DNA from: an uncultured Chloroflexia bacterium
GTDB lineage: Bacteria > Chloroflexota > Limnocylindria > Limnocylindrales > CSP1-4
DNA length: 64,000 nt
Direction of reading: 5' to 3'
Assembly (NCBI GenBank): GCA_963729175.1
Contig: CAVSMY010000009.1
Location: forward strand, 82,529-146,528
The notes below the pieces were generated by a model that saw nothing but the letters and a program-made list of their open reading frames with translations, made no database searches and was not told the origin of the DNA. Position 1 is the first letter of the stretch. Every line of letters starts with the position of its first letter. Position numbers and translations under genes: made by a program. Of the stretch, positions 30,602 through 38,545 are shown in pieces.

Positions 30602-31595
30602 CGCTCCTGAGCGCGCTCCTGGCCGTCATCAGCCGGTTGCTCGGGGGCGCAGCGACGGCGACGGTCGGCTGGGCGACGTTCGATCCTGTTCGGGCGGGTC
30701 TCGCAGTCCAAGCAGACCGTCCTCTCGCTCATCGCCCTCGGCTCGCTCGCGTGGATCGTCGCCGTCGTGGCGGTCGTCGTCCCGGCGATCGGGCAGACCC
30801 TCGTGTCATCCGTGCCCCGTCCCGCCTCCATCCCCACGAGCTGGTTCCATACGGTGCTCCTCGCCCTCGCCTTGTTGCTGCCCCTGGCGGTCGGGGTCGG
30901 GACGGTGGTCGCCGTCGATCCGGACGATCGACCCGCGGGTGCCCGTCTCGTCGATCGCGATCCTGCGGGGCTATCCGATCGCGGCGGTCCTGGGCGGGAC
31001 GATCATCCTCCTCGGGGCGCTCGGGTTGGTTCGACAGGCACGGTCGGCCCAGCGCGGCTGGGACGACGACGCCATCCCGATCATCGTGAAGCCCGGCCGA
31101 TACGACGCTGTCGCCGGCGAGGTGGAGTCGGCCCTCCGCGAAGCCGGGCTCGACGTCCGCTGCGAGCCGGCGCCCCGCTCGGTCGACCTACCGCCCCGCC
31201 TTCTCGTCGCGGTCGAAGGCGCCCGATCCGACGCGATGCCGGACCGCCTCGTCCAGTTCTCGGCCGACGACCTGAACGTGGTCCTCTCGCCATCGAGCGT
31301 CCTCATCGTCGGGAAGTCGGACCTCGTCGCACGAGCACGGGCCGCAGTCGGCCGTCGCCTGGCCTTCGTCGAGGCGTACCTCACGACCGCGAAGGAGAGC
31401 GAGGACCTCGAGGACCGGCTCAAGGTCATCTCCCATCACCGGCGCGTGGCGGCCTCGGACTTCCGGCCGATCGACGACCTCCTGACCCGCCTGCCGATCC
31501 CGTACGACGACTGGCAGACCCTCTACCGCCTCCGGCTCCAGGTCGAGCACGAGGGGCGACTGCCCGGAGCGACCGGTCCGGCGGACGGTTCCTGA
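30598..31595 (+). pseudogene. Hypothetical membrane protein with a soluble C-terminal domain. Two frameshifts (about 30675-30682 and about 30905-30945).
   Basis: ATG at 30598 forms an ATGA overlap with the PhoD-like stop. Three plus-frame pieces. (i) MTLLSALLAVISRLLGGAATATVGWAT. (ii) SILFGRVSQSKQTVLSLIALGSLAWIVAVVAVVVPAIG ... LLALALLLPLAVGVGTVVAV. (iii) PVSSIAILRGYPIAAVLGGTIILLGALGLV ... IIVKPGRYDAVAGEVESALREAGLDV ... YRLRLQVEHEG. Confidence 0.65.
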
Positions 31596-31598
31596 GCC

Positions 31599-32504
31599 GT
31601 GCCACGGGCCCTCGTCCTCGGTCGCCGGAAGAAAGGTCGGGGCATCGGCCGGATCATCCGCGAGGTCGAGACCGTCATGGCGATGGCGGGGTGGGAGGTC
31701 ACCTCCGAGCTCGTCCGTCGCAAGCGTGCGCTCCGCAAGGAAGCCCGCCGTGCCGTGGCGGACAGGATCGATGTCATCGTCACCGTCGGCGGCGACGGGG
31801 CGGTCGGCCAGGTCGCGACCGTGGTGTCCGAGACGCGCACGGCACTCGCGATCGTGCCGACGGGCACCGGCAACCTGCTGGCCGGGAACCTCGGGATCCC
31901 CGACGATCCGGCGAGTGCGGTCGAAGCGATCGTCCGCGGCCGTCGACGACGGATCGACGTCGGGCGCATCTCGATCGATGGCATCGAGCGGGTATTCACG
32001 GTCGCCTGTGGCATCGGCTATGACGCCGCCGCGATGGACGCGACGACGCCGGAGGGCAAGCTTCGATGGGGCAGGCTTGCCTATGTCGCAGGCGCCCTCG
32101 GCCGGACCGGCGCCCTCGAGAACGTCCGCCACGACATCACCCTCGACGGGGTCGCTCACCGGATGGACGCCGCGCAGCTCTTCATCGCGAACTTCGGTCG
32201 GATGCTGCCGATCGTCGAGCCGCGCCGAAAGATCCGAGGCGACGACGGCCTGCTCGATGTCATCGTCGTGCGGGCCGGCGGACCCCTCGCCGGGTTGGTG
32301 GCCGCGTGGGAGGCGCTCGTCCAGACCGATCTCGGCGAGAGCACTGGCGGCCACGTCTTCCGGGCGCAGGCACGTGAGATCGAGGTCCGGACACGCCGGT
32401 CCCGCCTCGTCGAGGGCGATGGCAGCGTGCTCGGGAACACGCCGATCAGGGTGACCGTCCAGCCGCGCGCATTGACCGTCATCGTGCCCCGCCAGCCGCA
32501 CTGA
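31599..32504 (+). CDS. Diacylglycerol-kinase-family lipid kinase (YegS/BmrU/DagK-like)
   Basis: 301 aa. DVIVTVGGDGAVGQVA and LAIVPTGTGNLLAGNLG are DAGK catalytic-domain motifs. GTG at 31599 lies 3 nt after the upstream stop. Confidence 0.9.
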   Translation: MPRALVLGRRKKGRGIGRIIREVETVMAMAGWEVTSELVRRKRALRKEARRAVADRIDVIVTVGGDGAVGQVATVVSETRTALAIVPTGTGNLLAGNLGIPDDPASAVEAIVRGRRRRIDVGRISIDGIERVFTVACGIGYDAAAMDATTPEGKLRWGRLAYVAGALGRTGALENVRHDITLDGVAHRMDAAQLFIANFGRMLPIVEPRRKIRGDDGLLDVIVVRAGGPLAGLVAAWEALVQTDLGESTGGHVFRAQAREIEVRTRRSRLVEGDGSVLGNTPIRVTVQPRALTVIVPRQPH

Positions 32505-32531
32505 AGCGGCGGCCGTCCAAGGGCGCCTCGA

Positions 32532-33311
32532 TCAGGGACCGCTGCCCCTCGAGGATCCTTCCGGTAGCCAGCGGAACCAGCGTCGGGCGAACGACCGACG
32601 CGTCACCCACGGTCCCGCGTCGAACGCCCCTGCGACGATGAGCAGCCACGCAAGGCCCGCCAGGAACCCGGCCGCCACGTCGCTGAAGTAGTGGGCGCCG
32701 AGGTAGATCCGGCTGACGCCGATGAGGACGGCGAGCACGACCGCGACGCAGACCGCGACGATCCCGGCTCTCCGCCCGGCGATCGACCAGACGATGAGCG
32801 CGAGTGCGACGTAGAACACGACCGAGTTCATCGTGTGGCCGCTCGGGAAGCTGTAGTCGGTCGGGGTCTGGGCCCAGTCGAGCTGCGGTCGGGGGCGCTC
32901 GAAGATCAGCTTGAGCGAGGCGTTCAGGAGGACGCTGCCCAGGATCGCCACGGCGAGGAACAGCGCGGCGCGGCGGTACCTCGTGAGCAGCAGGATCGCC
33001 TCGACGGTGATGAAGATCGCCGTGACGACAAGGGTCGAGCCGATCGTCGTCATCGTCCAGAAGAACGTGTCGAGCGCCGGCGATGTGAGCCCGTGCAGGA
33101 ACGGGGTGAGGAATCCGTCGAGGGCGATCGCCTCCTGTCGACGGACCTCCTGGGCGAAGACGCCGAAGACGACGAGGCACGAGAACAACGCCACGACACC
33201 GAGCAGCAGCGGCAGGAGCGTCGAGCGCGTCGTGACCGGCAGCGCGGGAGTCGACCCACCAGGCGCGGCCTGACGCCCGACCGGCGACGTCGGAGGCGCT
33301 TCGGCTGACAT
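32532..33311 (-). CDS. PAP2-family lipid phosphate phosphatase (intact)
   Basis: ATG at 33311, in frame with ORF 32532..33449. Motifs: KLIFERPRP, FPSGH, SRIYLGAHYFSDV. It has 6 predicted TM helices. Confidence 0.9.
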   Translation of the reverse strand: MSAEAPPTSPVGRQAAPGGSTPALPVTTRSTLLPLLLGVVALFSCLVVFGVFAQEVRRQEAIALDGFLTPFLHGLTSPALDTFFWTMTTIGSTLVVTAIFITVEAILLLTRYRRAALFLAVAILGSVLLNASLKLIFERPRPQLDWAQTPTDYSFPSGHTMNSVVFYVALALIVWSIAGRRAGIVAVCVAVVLAVLIGVSRIYLGAHYFSDVAAGFLAGLAWLLIVAGAFDAGPWVTRRSFARRWFRWLPEGSSRGSGP

Positions 33312-33482
33312 GTCAGGATCGGTCCTCGTCTGCGGACCCCCGCCCGAAGCATGGCCCCCCGGACATTCGAAACGATCGTGCGGATCCGCGACAGACATTA
33401 CAGGCGTGCTGCGGCTCAGCGTGGATGGCCTTGTCTCGGCCCGGAGCACACACGATGCACTCGGCGACGAGCGAGCTCCCGA

Positions 33483-34438
33483 TCACAGCCAGCCGCGGGC
33501 GCGGGCCCCGACAAGGATCACGACGCAGAGGACCACGATCGCTCCGACCATCGGCCAGAAGAGGCCCGGGACGTCGAACAGATCGGCCTTGAAGTTCATG
33601 CCGAAGATCCCGGCGATGACGCCCGCGGGCAGGAGCGTCACCGAGACGACGGTCAGGACGCGCACGATATCGTTCGTCCGCTGGCCGTTTCGTGTCATCA
33701 CGATCTCGAACGACCCGACGAGGAGCTCCCTGGCGTTCTCGACTGCCTCGATCGCCCGCTCGAGCCGGGCCTCCAGGGTCGTCCATGGCTCAGGGGTGTC
33801 ACCATCGGCGACGAGGCCCACATCCGGGCGGCCGAGCGCCGCGACCAGGGGACGGTGCGGCGCGAGCGCGCGGCGGAGGACGGCGATCCTCCGGCGGACC
33901 TGCAGGAGGCGGTCGAGGATCCGCTCGTCCGGGGTCGAGCGGAGCGCGGCGTCGTCGATGGCGTCGATCTCGCGCTCGATCTCCTCGGTCTCAGCGAAAT
34001 AGGCGTCGAGGATCTCGTCGACGATGACGGCGACGAAGGTCGCGGCGTCGAGCCCACCGAGCTCGGTCCGACCCTGGACGGTGACGACGGTGTCGTCGAG
34101 TCCGGCGACAGGCCCATCGCGGACCGTCAGGACGACGTTGCCGCGCGCGGCGACGTCGATCTGGACCGGTCGTCGGCCGAGTCGCGATCGGTGCGAAGGG
34201 CAAGGACCGAGACGATGACGATGCCGTCCTGGCGCAGCAGCTCCGGCCTGGTCGACGGTCGCTCGAGGCGGTCGGCCGCGTCCGCCATCCCGAGGGTCGT
34301 GATCGCGTCGCGCAGGTCGGGGTCGTCGCGCATCAGGTCGACCCACACCAGCTCGTCGTCGCCGGGCTCGCCGCCGAGCTGCGACAGGTCCGCGAGCTCG
34401 CGCTCCTCCTCGCCCCGGTGGAATTGCAGGATCCGCAC
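33483..34438 (-). pseudogene. corA: CorA-family magnesium/cobalt transporter. One frameshift at about 34165-34175.
   Basis: The C-terminal piece (ORF 33483..34346) ends in LTVVSVTLLPAGVIAGIFGMNF, which carries the GMN motif. The N-terminal piece (frame of ORF 34127..35053, GTG at 34438) reads VRILQFHRGEE ... DELVWVDLMRDDPDL ... GIVIVSVLALRTDRDSADDR. The join is compatible with one missing G. Confidence 0.85.
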
Positions 34439-34895
34439 CAAGCCGCTCAGCGAGGCACGAACGCGAGGATCGCCGCCCCGAGGACGGCCAGGGCGACGGT
34501 CAGCCACTCGAACAGGCGCATCGTCGGCTCGAGCTTCGTCGCCCGCGCTGGCGACATCCCGGGCACTGGGTCGTCGTGCATGGCTGGAGGGTCGCCGCGA
34601 CCCGCTCGCACCGCCATCCCGCTCGGGCACCCCGGCATCACAAGCCCATGACGACCGGCTGCCGCGGCGAAGGGTGCGACGAGGGGGAAGGCGCGGTGCC
34701 GGACCCTCCCGGAGCGTCGGTCGTCCGGCACCGCTGCAGGGTCCCCGATGTCGGCGACCGACATGGAGCCATCCGGCATCGTCGGTCCGGTCTTCCTGCA
34801 GCGAGGTGACGCCTGCTGGGTCGGACATCACAACGGCGTGACAAGCGGGTCTGAGGGGGTCACAAGACGGTCCGCGCCTTCTAGAGTCGGGCGCC

Positions 34896-36047
34896 ATGGG
34901 ATCGACCGAGCTCCTCTGGCTACGCCACGGCGCGTCCGCGACGATCGGCGCAGCCGTCGTCCTCGCGGTCGCCTGGGTCGCGATCCAGGCGAGCGGTGTC
35001 CTGCTCCTCGTCTTCCTCTCGGTCCTGCTCGCCTCCGGCCTCGAGCCGCTCATCGATGCCCTTCGGGCCCGCCTGCCGACCGGCCGCCTCGGGACGATCC
35101 TGCTGGTCTACGGCGCGTTCCTCGCGGTCGTCCTGCTGCTCGGGATCCTCGTGATCCCGGAGGCCGTCTCGCAGGCACAGCGGATCGCCCGCAGCCTGCC
35201 GGACGTGCTCGACCGGACCCATGACTGGGCCGTTGCGGTCCGCCCGGCTCCACTGTCCGAGGTCGCGACGGCGCTCGTCGACGAGGCCACCGTCGCGCTC
35301 GCAAACACCGCCCCGACCGACCCGAACGTCGTCGTCAGCGCCTCGCTCACCGTCGCGGAAGCCCTCGTCGCGACCGCGACAGTGCTGTCGATCGTCATCT
35401 TCTGGCTGATCGAGCGGGTCCGGCTGCAGCGCTATGCGCTGGCGTTCCTGCCCGGCGATCGACGCGCCGGGGCGCGCGATGCCTGGAACGAGATCGAGGA
35501 CCGGCTCGGGATGTGGGTCCGCGGTCAGCTGATCCTGATGTCGACGGTGGGCGTCGCGACGGGCATCACCTACACGCTGCTCGGCCTGCCAGCGGCGCTG
35601 GCGCTGGCGATCGTCGCGGCTCTCTGCGAGGCCATCCCGATCATCGGTCCGCTCCTCGGCGCGATCCCGGCCCTGCTGGTCGCGATCACCGTCTCGCCGC
35701 AGCTCGCGCTGGCTGTCGCCATCGTGTACGTGGTGATCCAGCTCGTCGAGGGGAATGTCCTGGTGCCCCTCGTCATGCGCAACACGATCGGTCTTTCGCC
35801 GTTCCTCGTCGTCGTCAGTCTGCTGATCGGCGGGGCCGTCGCGGGGCTGGTCGGAGCGCTCATCGCCGTGCCCGTCGCGGCCAGCCTCGAGGTCGTCCTC
35901 GAGCGGGTCCAGGCCCGCGACGTACCGGTCGGGCCCGACCCCGCGGCCGGCGCGCGAACGTCGGCTCCGTCGGAGGATCTCGGCCAGGAGCCGGGCACGG
36001 ACCCTGCCCAGCGGTCGACCCGAGGGCCGGTGGCACGACCCGGATGA
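34896..36047 (+). CDS. AI-2E family transporter (PerM/UPF0118)
   Basis: 383 aa, polytopic. Contains GLPAALALAIVAALCEAIPIIGPLLGAIPA ... VVIQLVEGNVLVPLVM. Confidence 0.9.
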   Translation: MGSTELLWLRHGASATIGAAVVLAVAWVAIQASGVLLLVFLSVLLASGLEPLIDALRARLPTGRLGTILLVYGAFLAVVLLLGILVIPEAVSQAQRIARSLPDVLDRTHDWAVAVRPAPLSEVATALVDEATVALANTAPTDPNVVVSASLTVAEALVATATVLSIVIFWLIERVRLQRYALAFLPGDRRAGARDAWNEIEDRLGMWVRGQLILMSTVGVATGITYTLLGLPAALALAIVAALCEAIPIIGPLLGAIPALLVAITVSPQLALAVAIVYVVIQLVEGNVLVPLVMRNTIGLSPFLVVVSLLIGGAVAGLVGALIAVPVAASLEVVLERVQARDVPVGPDPAAGARTSAPSEDLGQEPGTDPAQRSTRGPVARPG

Positions 36048-36183
36048 CCAAGCGGCTCGCGGCTGTCACTCGGCTGCAAGACGCACTCGGCCGAGCGTAG
36101 TCATCGGATCACACCCGGCCGATGAGACTCGCCGCGTGGTCGGTCCACCGGCCACTGATCCCTCGTTTTGAGTTCGGAGGTCG

Positions 36184-36471
36184 ATGGACATGGGCATCAT
36201 CGCGTGGATCGTCCTCGGGGCGATCGCCGGCTATCTCGCGGGTCTGCTCGTCAAGGGCGATGAGGGGCTCGGCATCATCGGACACGTCGTGCTTGGCATC
36301 GTCGGCGCCCTGCTCGGCGGGTTCCTCGCCTCGGTGTTCCTCAACACCAACCCGATCGACGGGCCGCTCGACATCAGTTCGATCGTGACCGCGACGATCG
36401 GGGCGATCATCGTGGTCGTCGTGGCAGCGGCGGTCACGGGTCGCATGCGGACCGGCCGCGGAGCGATCTGA
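36184..36471 (+). CDS. GlsB/YeaQ/YmgE-family (transglycosylase-associated) small stress membrane protein
   Basis: 95 aa. MGIIAWIVLGAIAGYLAGLL ... GIIGHVVLGIVGALLGGFL. An SD (GGAGG) lies upstream. Confidence 0.9.
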   Translation: MDMGIIAWIVLGAIAGYLAGLLVKGDEGLGIIGHVVLGIVGALLGGFLASVFLNTNPIDGPLDISSIVTATIGAIIVVVVAAAVTGRMRTGRGAI

Positions 36472-36491
36472 CCGACAGCCCTCAGGACCGG

Positions 36492-36524
36492 GACGACCCC
36501 CGTCGCGATGCGGCGGGGGTCGTC
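36492..36524 (+). terminator. Terminator-like hairpin after the YeaQ-like gene
   Basis: GACGACCCCCGTCGC-gat-GCGGCGGGGGTCGTC is a 15-bp stem with one mismatch, starting 21 nt after the stop. There is no strong T tract. Confidence 0.5.
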
Positions 36525-36688
36525 TCATGTCCGGCAGCCGACGAGGCCGGGGATCAGGCCGCCCCGAGGCGCTGCAAGAGGACCGCAACGCACGAGGGTC
36601 GCAGGACCGTTCGGCCGTACACCCTGGGCCCGTACGGTCGTCGTGATCGGCGCCAGGCGGGCGCCGCAAGCGAAGGGAGACCTACAAG

Positions 36689-36907
36689 ATGGACGACGTC
36701 AAGAAGGCGTACCGCGACGTGGAGACCGAGACGAAGGAGAAGGTCCGCGACGTCGACGGCCACTCGATCGACGACGACCTCGGCAACGCCGGCGACCGGA
36801 TCCGCAAGGGTCTCGGGGATGCGGGCGACGACCTCCGGAAGCCGATCGACGACCCGATGGGGAACGAGCTCGAGCGTGAGCGCGAGCGCGAGACCCCGCG
36901 GGTCTGA
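36689..36907 (+). CDS. Small, highly charged hypothetical protein (72 aa; CsbD-like character)
   Basis: MDDVKKAYRDVETETKEKVRDVDGHSIDDDLGNAGDRIRKGLGDAGDDLRKPIDD. GGGAG lies 9 nt upstream of the ATG. Confidence 0.6.
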   Translation: MDDVKKAYRDVETETKEKVRDVDGHSIDDDLGNAGDRIRKGLGDAGDDLRKPIDDPMGNELERERERETPRV

Positions 36908-36920
36908 ACGCAGTCTCGGG

Positions 36921-37619
36921 ATGACGGGCGGCGAGGCCTCGACTACCGTCGACGGCCTCGCCGCCGTTCCGATGACAGACCGCGTCGCGGCAGCCGTCGC
37001 CCACGAGCTGCGCACCCCGTTGACGTCGATCCGGACGGGCCTTCACCTCCTCGACGAGCGTGCCTCCCACCTCGACCGAGGCCAGCGCCGTGAGGTCCTG
37101 GCCGCCGTGCGCGACGAGACCGAGCGTCTCGTCCGAGCGGTCGACGCGGTCGTCGCGGTGACGGAGCCATCGTCCGACGATCGGGTGATGGAGCCGATCT
37201 CGATCCCCCGGCTCGTCGACTCCGTCGCCGCCCGCGAGGCGCTGCTGTTCGCCCCGTCGCGGATCGGCGTCGTGATCGACCCGGAGACTCCGTTGGTCGT
37301 CGGCGACCCCGACGATGTCGCGCGGGTCATGGAGTACCTCATCGCGGTGGCGTTCGCGATGGACCCGCAGCCCGCGCTCATCGAGGTCAGCGTCGACCTG
37401 GCCGCGTCACTCGACGACGGCCGCGACATCGTCCGGCTCCGCGTCGCCCGTCGACCGTCTCACGGATCCGGCCACAGCACCGGGACGAGCTACACCCTCG
37501 GGATCGCCGCCGCGAGTCGGTTGAGTGGCACGCTGGGCGGTCGGATCGTCGTCGCACCGCGGATCGGCGACGGTCTCGACGTGACCCTCGAGCTCCCGTC
37601 CATGACATCGACCGACTGA
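36921..37619 (+). CDS. Soluble histidine-kinase-like protein with an intact H-box and a degenerate ATP-binding domain
   Basis: ATG at 36921, in frame with ORF 36819..37619. The H-box is AAVAHELRTPLTSIRTG. The positions of the N, G1 and G2 boxes read EYLIAVAFAM, RRPSHGSGHS and YTLGIAAASRLSGTLGGRIVV, which lack the canonical N, DxGxG and GxGxG residues. Confidence 0.75.
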   Translation: MTGGEASTTVDGLAAVPMTDRVAAAVAHELRTPLTSIRTGLHLLDERASHLDRGQRREVLAAVRDETERLVRAVDAVVAVTEPSSDDRVMEPISIPRLVDSVAAREALLFAPSRIGVVIDPETPLVVGDPDDVARVMEYLIAVAFAMDPQPALIEVSVDLAASLDDGRDIVRLRVARRPSHGSGHSTGTSYTLGIAAASRLSGTLGGRIVVAPRIGDGLDVTLELPSMTSTD

Positions 37620-37717
37620 TGCCCTGTAATGCGCCTGTGATGCACGACGACCGGGGCGACGGTCGCAGGAAACGACGACCCGAGTAGCATCCCGGGGGGC
37701 GTCGTGAACGATGCCCG

Positions 37718-38491
37718 ATGGAGGTCGATGCCGACGTGAGCACACAGCCGCTGATCCTCGTCGCCGACGATGAGCCCCGGATCACGAAGCTCGTCTCGAT
37801 CGCGCTGGGCGAGGAAGGCTTCCGGGTCGTCACCGCCAACGGCGGCGAGGAGGCCCTGACGAAGGCCGAGGAGTACCGGCCTGACATCGTCCTGCTCGAC
37901 ATCGTGATGCCGGATCTCGACGGCATCGAGGTGATGCGCCAGCTCCGCGAGCGGCGACCCGTCCCCGTCATCCTGCTTACGGCCAAAGGCTCGACCGCCG
38001 ACAAGGCCAAGGGACTCGACCTCGGCGCGGACGACTACATCGCCAAGCCCTTCCATCCCGATGAGCTCGCCGCCCGCGTCCGGGCCGTCCTGCGGCGATC
38101 GACCGGCGCGGCCCCAGGGGCTGGCGTCATCGCGTTCGACGACGTCGAGATCGACCTCGAGCGCCGGATGGTCACCCGGGACGGTGAGCTGGTCCAGTTC
38201 TCGCGGACCGAGTGGCTGCTCCTCCAGCATCTCGCGGCGAATGCCGGCAAGGTCGTGCTCCACACCGAGCTGCTCACCAAGGTCTGGGGGCCCGAGTACC
38301 GGGACGATCTCCAGTACCTGCGAGTCTGGATCAGCCGCGTGCGCCGCAAGCTCGGCGCGCCTGCGGGCGAGCAGGGCCGGATCCGGACGTTCCAGGGCAT
38401 CGGCTACCTTCTCGACGTCGAGCCGCCGGCCTCGATCGGCGAGGACGGCGATCGACCGGCGCTGCCGTCCCACGCCGGCGCCGCCTCCTGA
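37718..38491 (+). CDS. OmpR/PhoB-family response regulator (KdpE-like)
   Basis: The receiver has ILVADDEP ... DIVLLDIVMPDLDG ... ILLTAKG. The wHTH has FSRTEWLLLQHLAANAGKVVLHTELLTKVWG ... LQYLRVWISRVRRKL. Confidence 0.92.
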   Translation: MEVDADVSTQPLILVADDEPRITKLVSIALGEEGFRVVTANGGEEALTKAEEYRPDIVLLDIVMPDLDGIEVMRQLRERRPVPVILLTAKGSTADKAKGLDLGADDYIAKPFHPDELAARVRAVLRRSTGAAPGAGVIAFDDVEIDLERRMVTRDGELVQFSRTEWLLLQHLAANAGKVVLHTELLTKVWGPEYRDDLQYLRVWISRVRRKLGAPAGEQGRIRTFQGIGYLLDVEPPASIGEDGDRPALPSHAGAAS

Positions 38492-38545
38492 TCCGGGCGG
38501 TCGGACGCCGCGGCTGATCGGCCGCCGGCCGCGGCTGATCGGCCG

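Noticed and set aside
30516-32023. ORFs 30516..31595 and 30767..32023 as separate genes.
   Set aside because: Only parts of each translate to membrane-protein-like sequence. Those parts are contiguous with the ORF that starts at 30598, and the remainders are Arg/Pro junk. I interpret them as pieces of one frameshifted gene (30598..31595).
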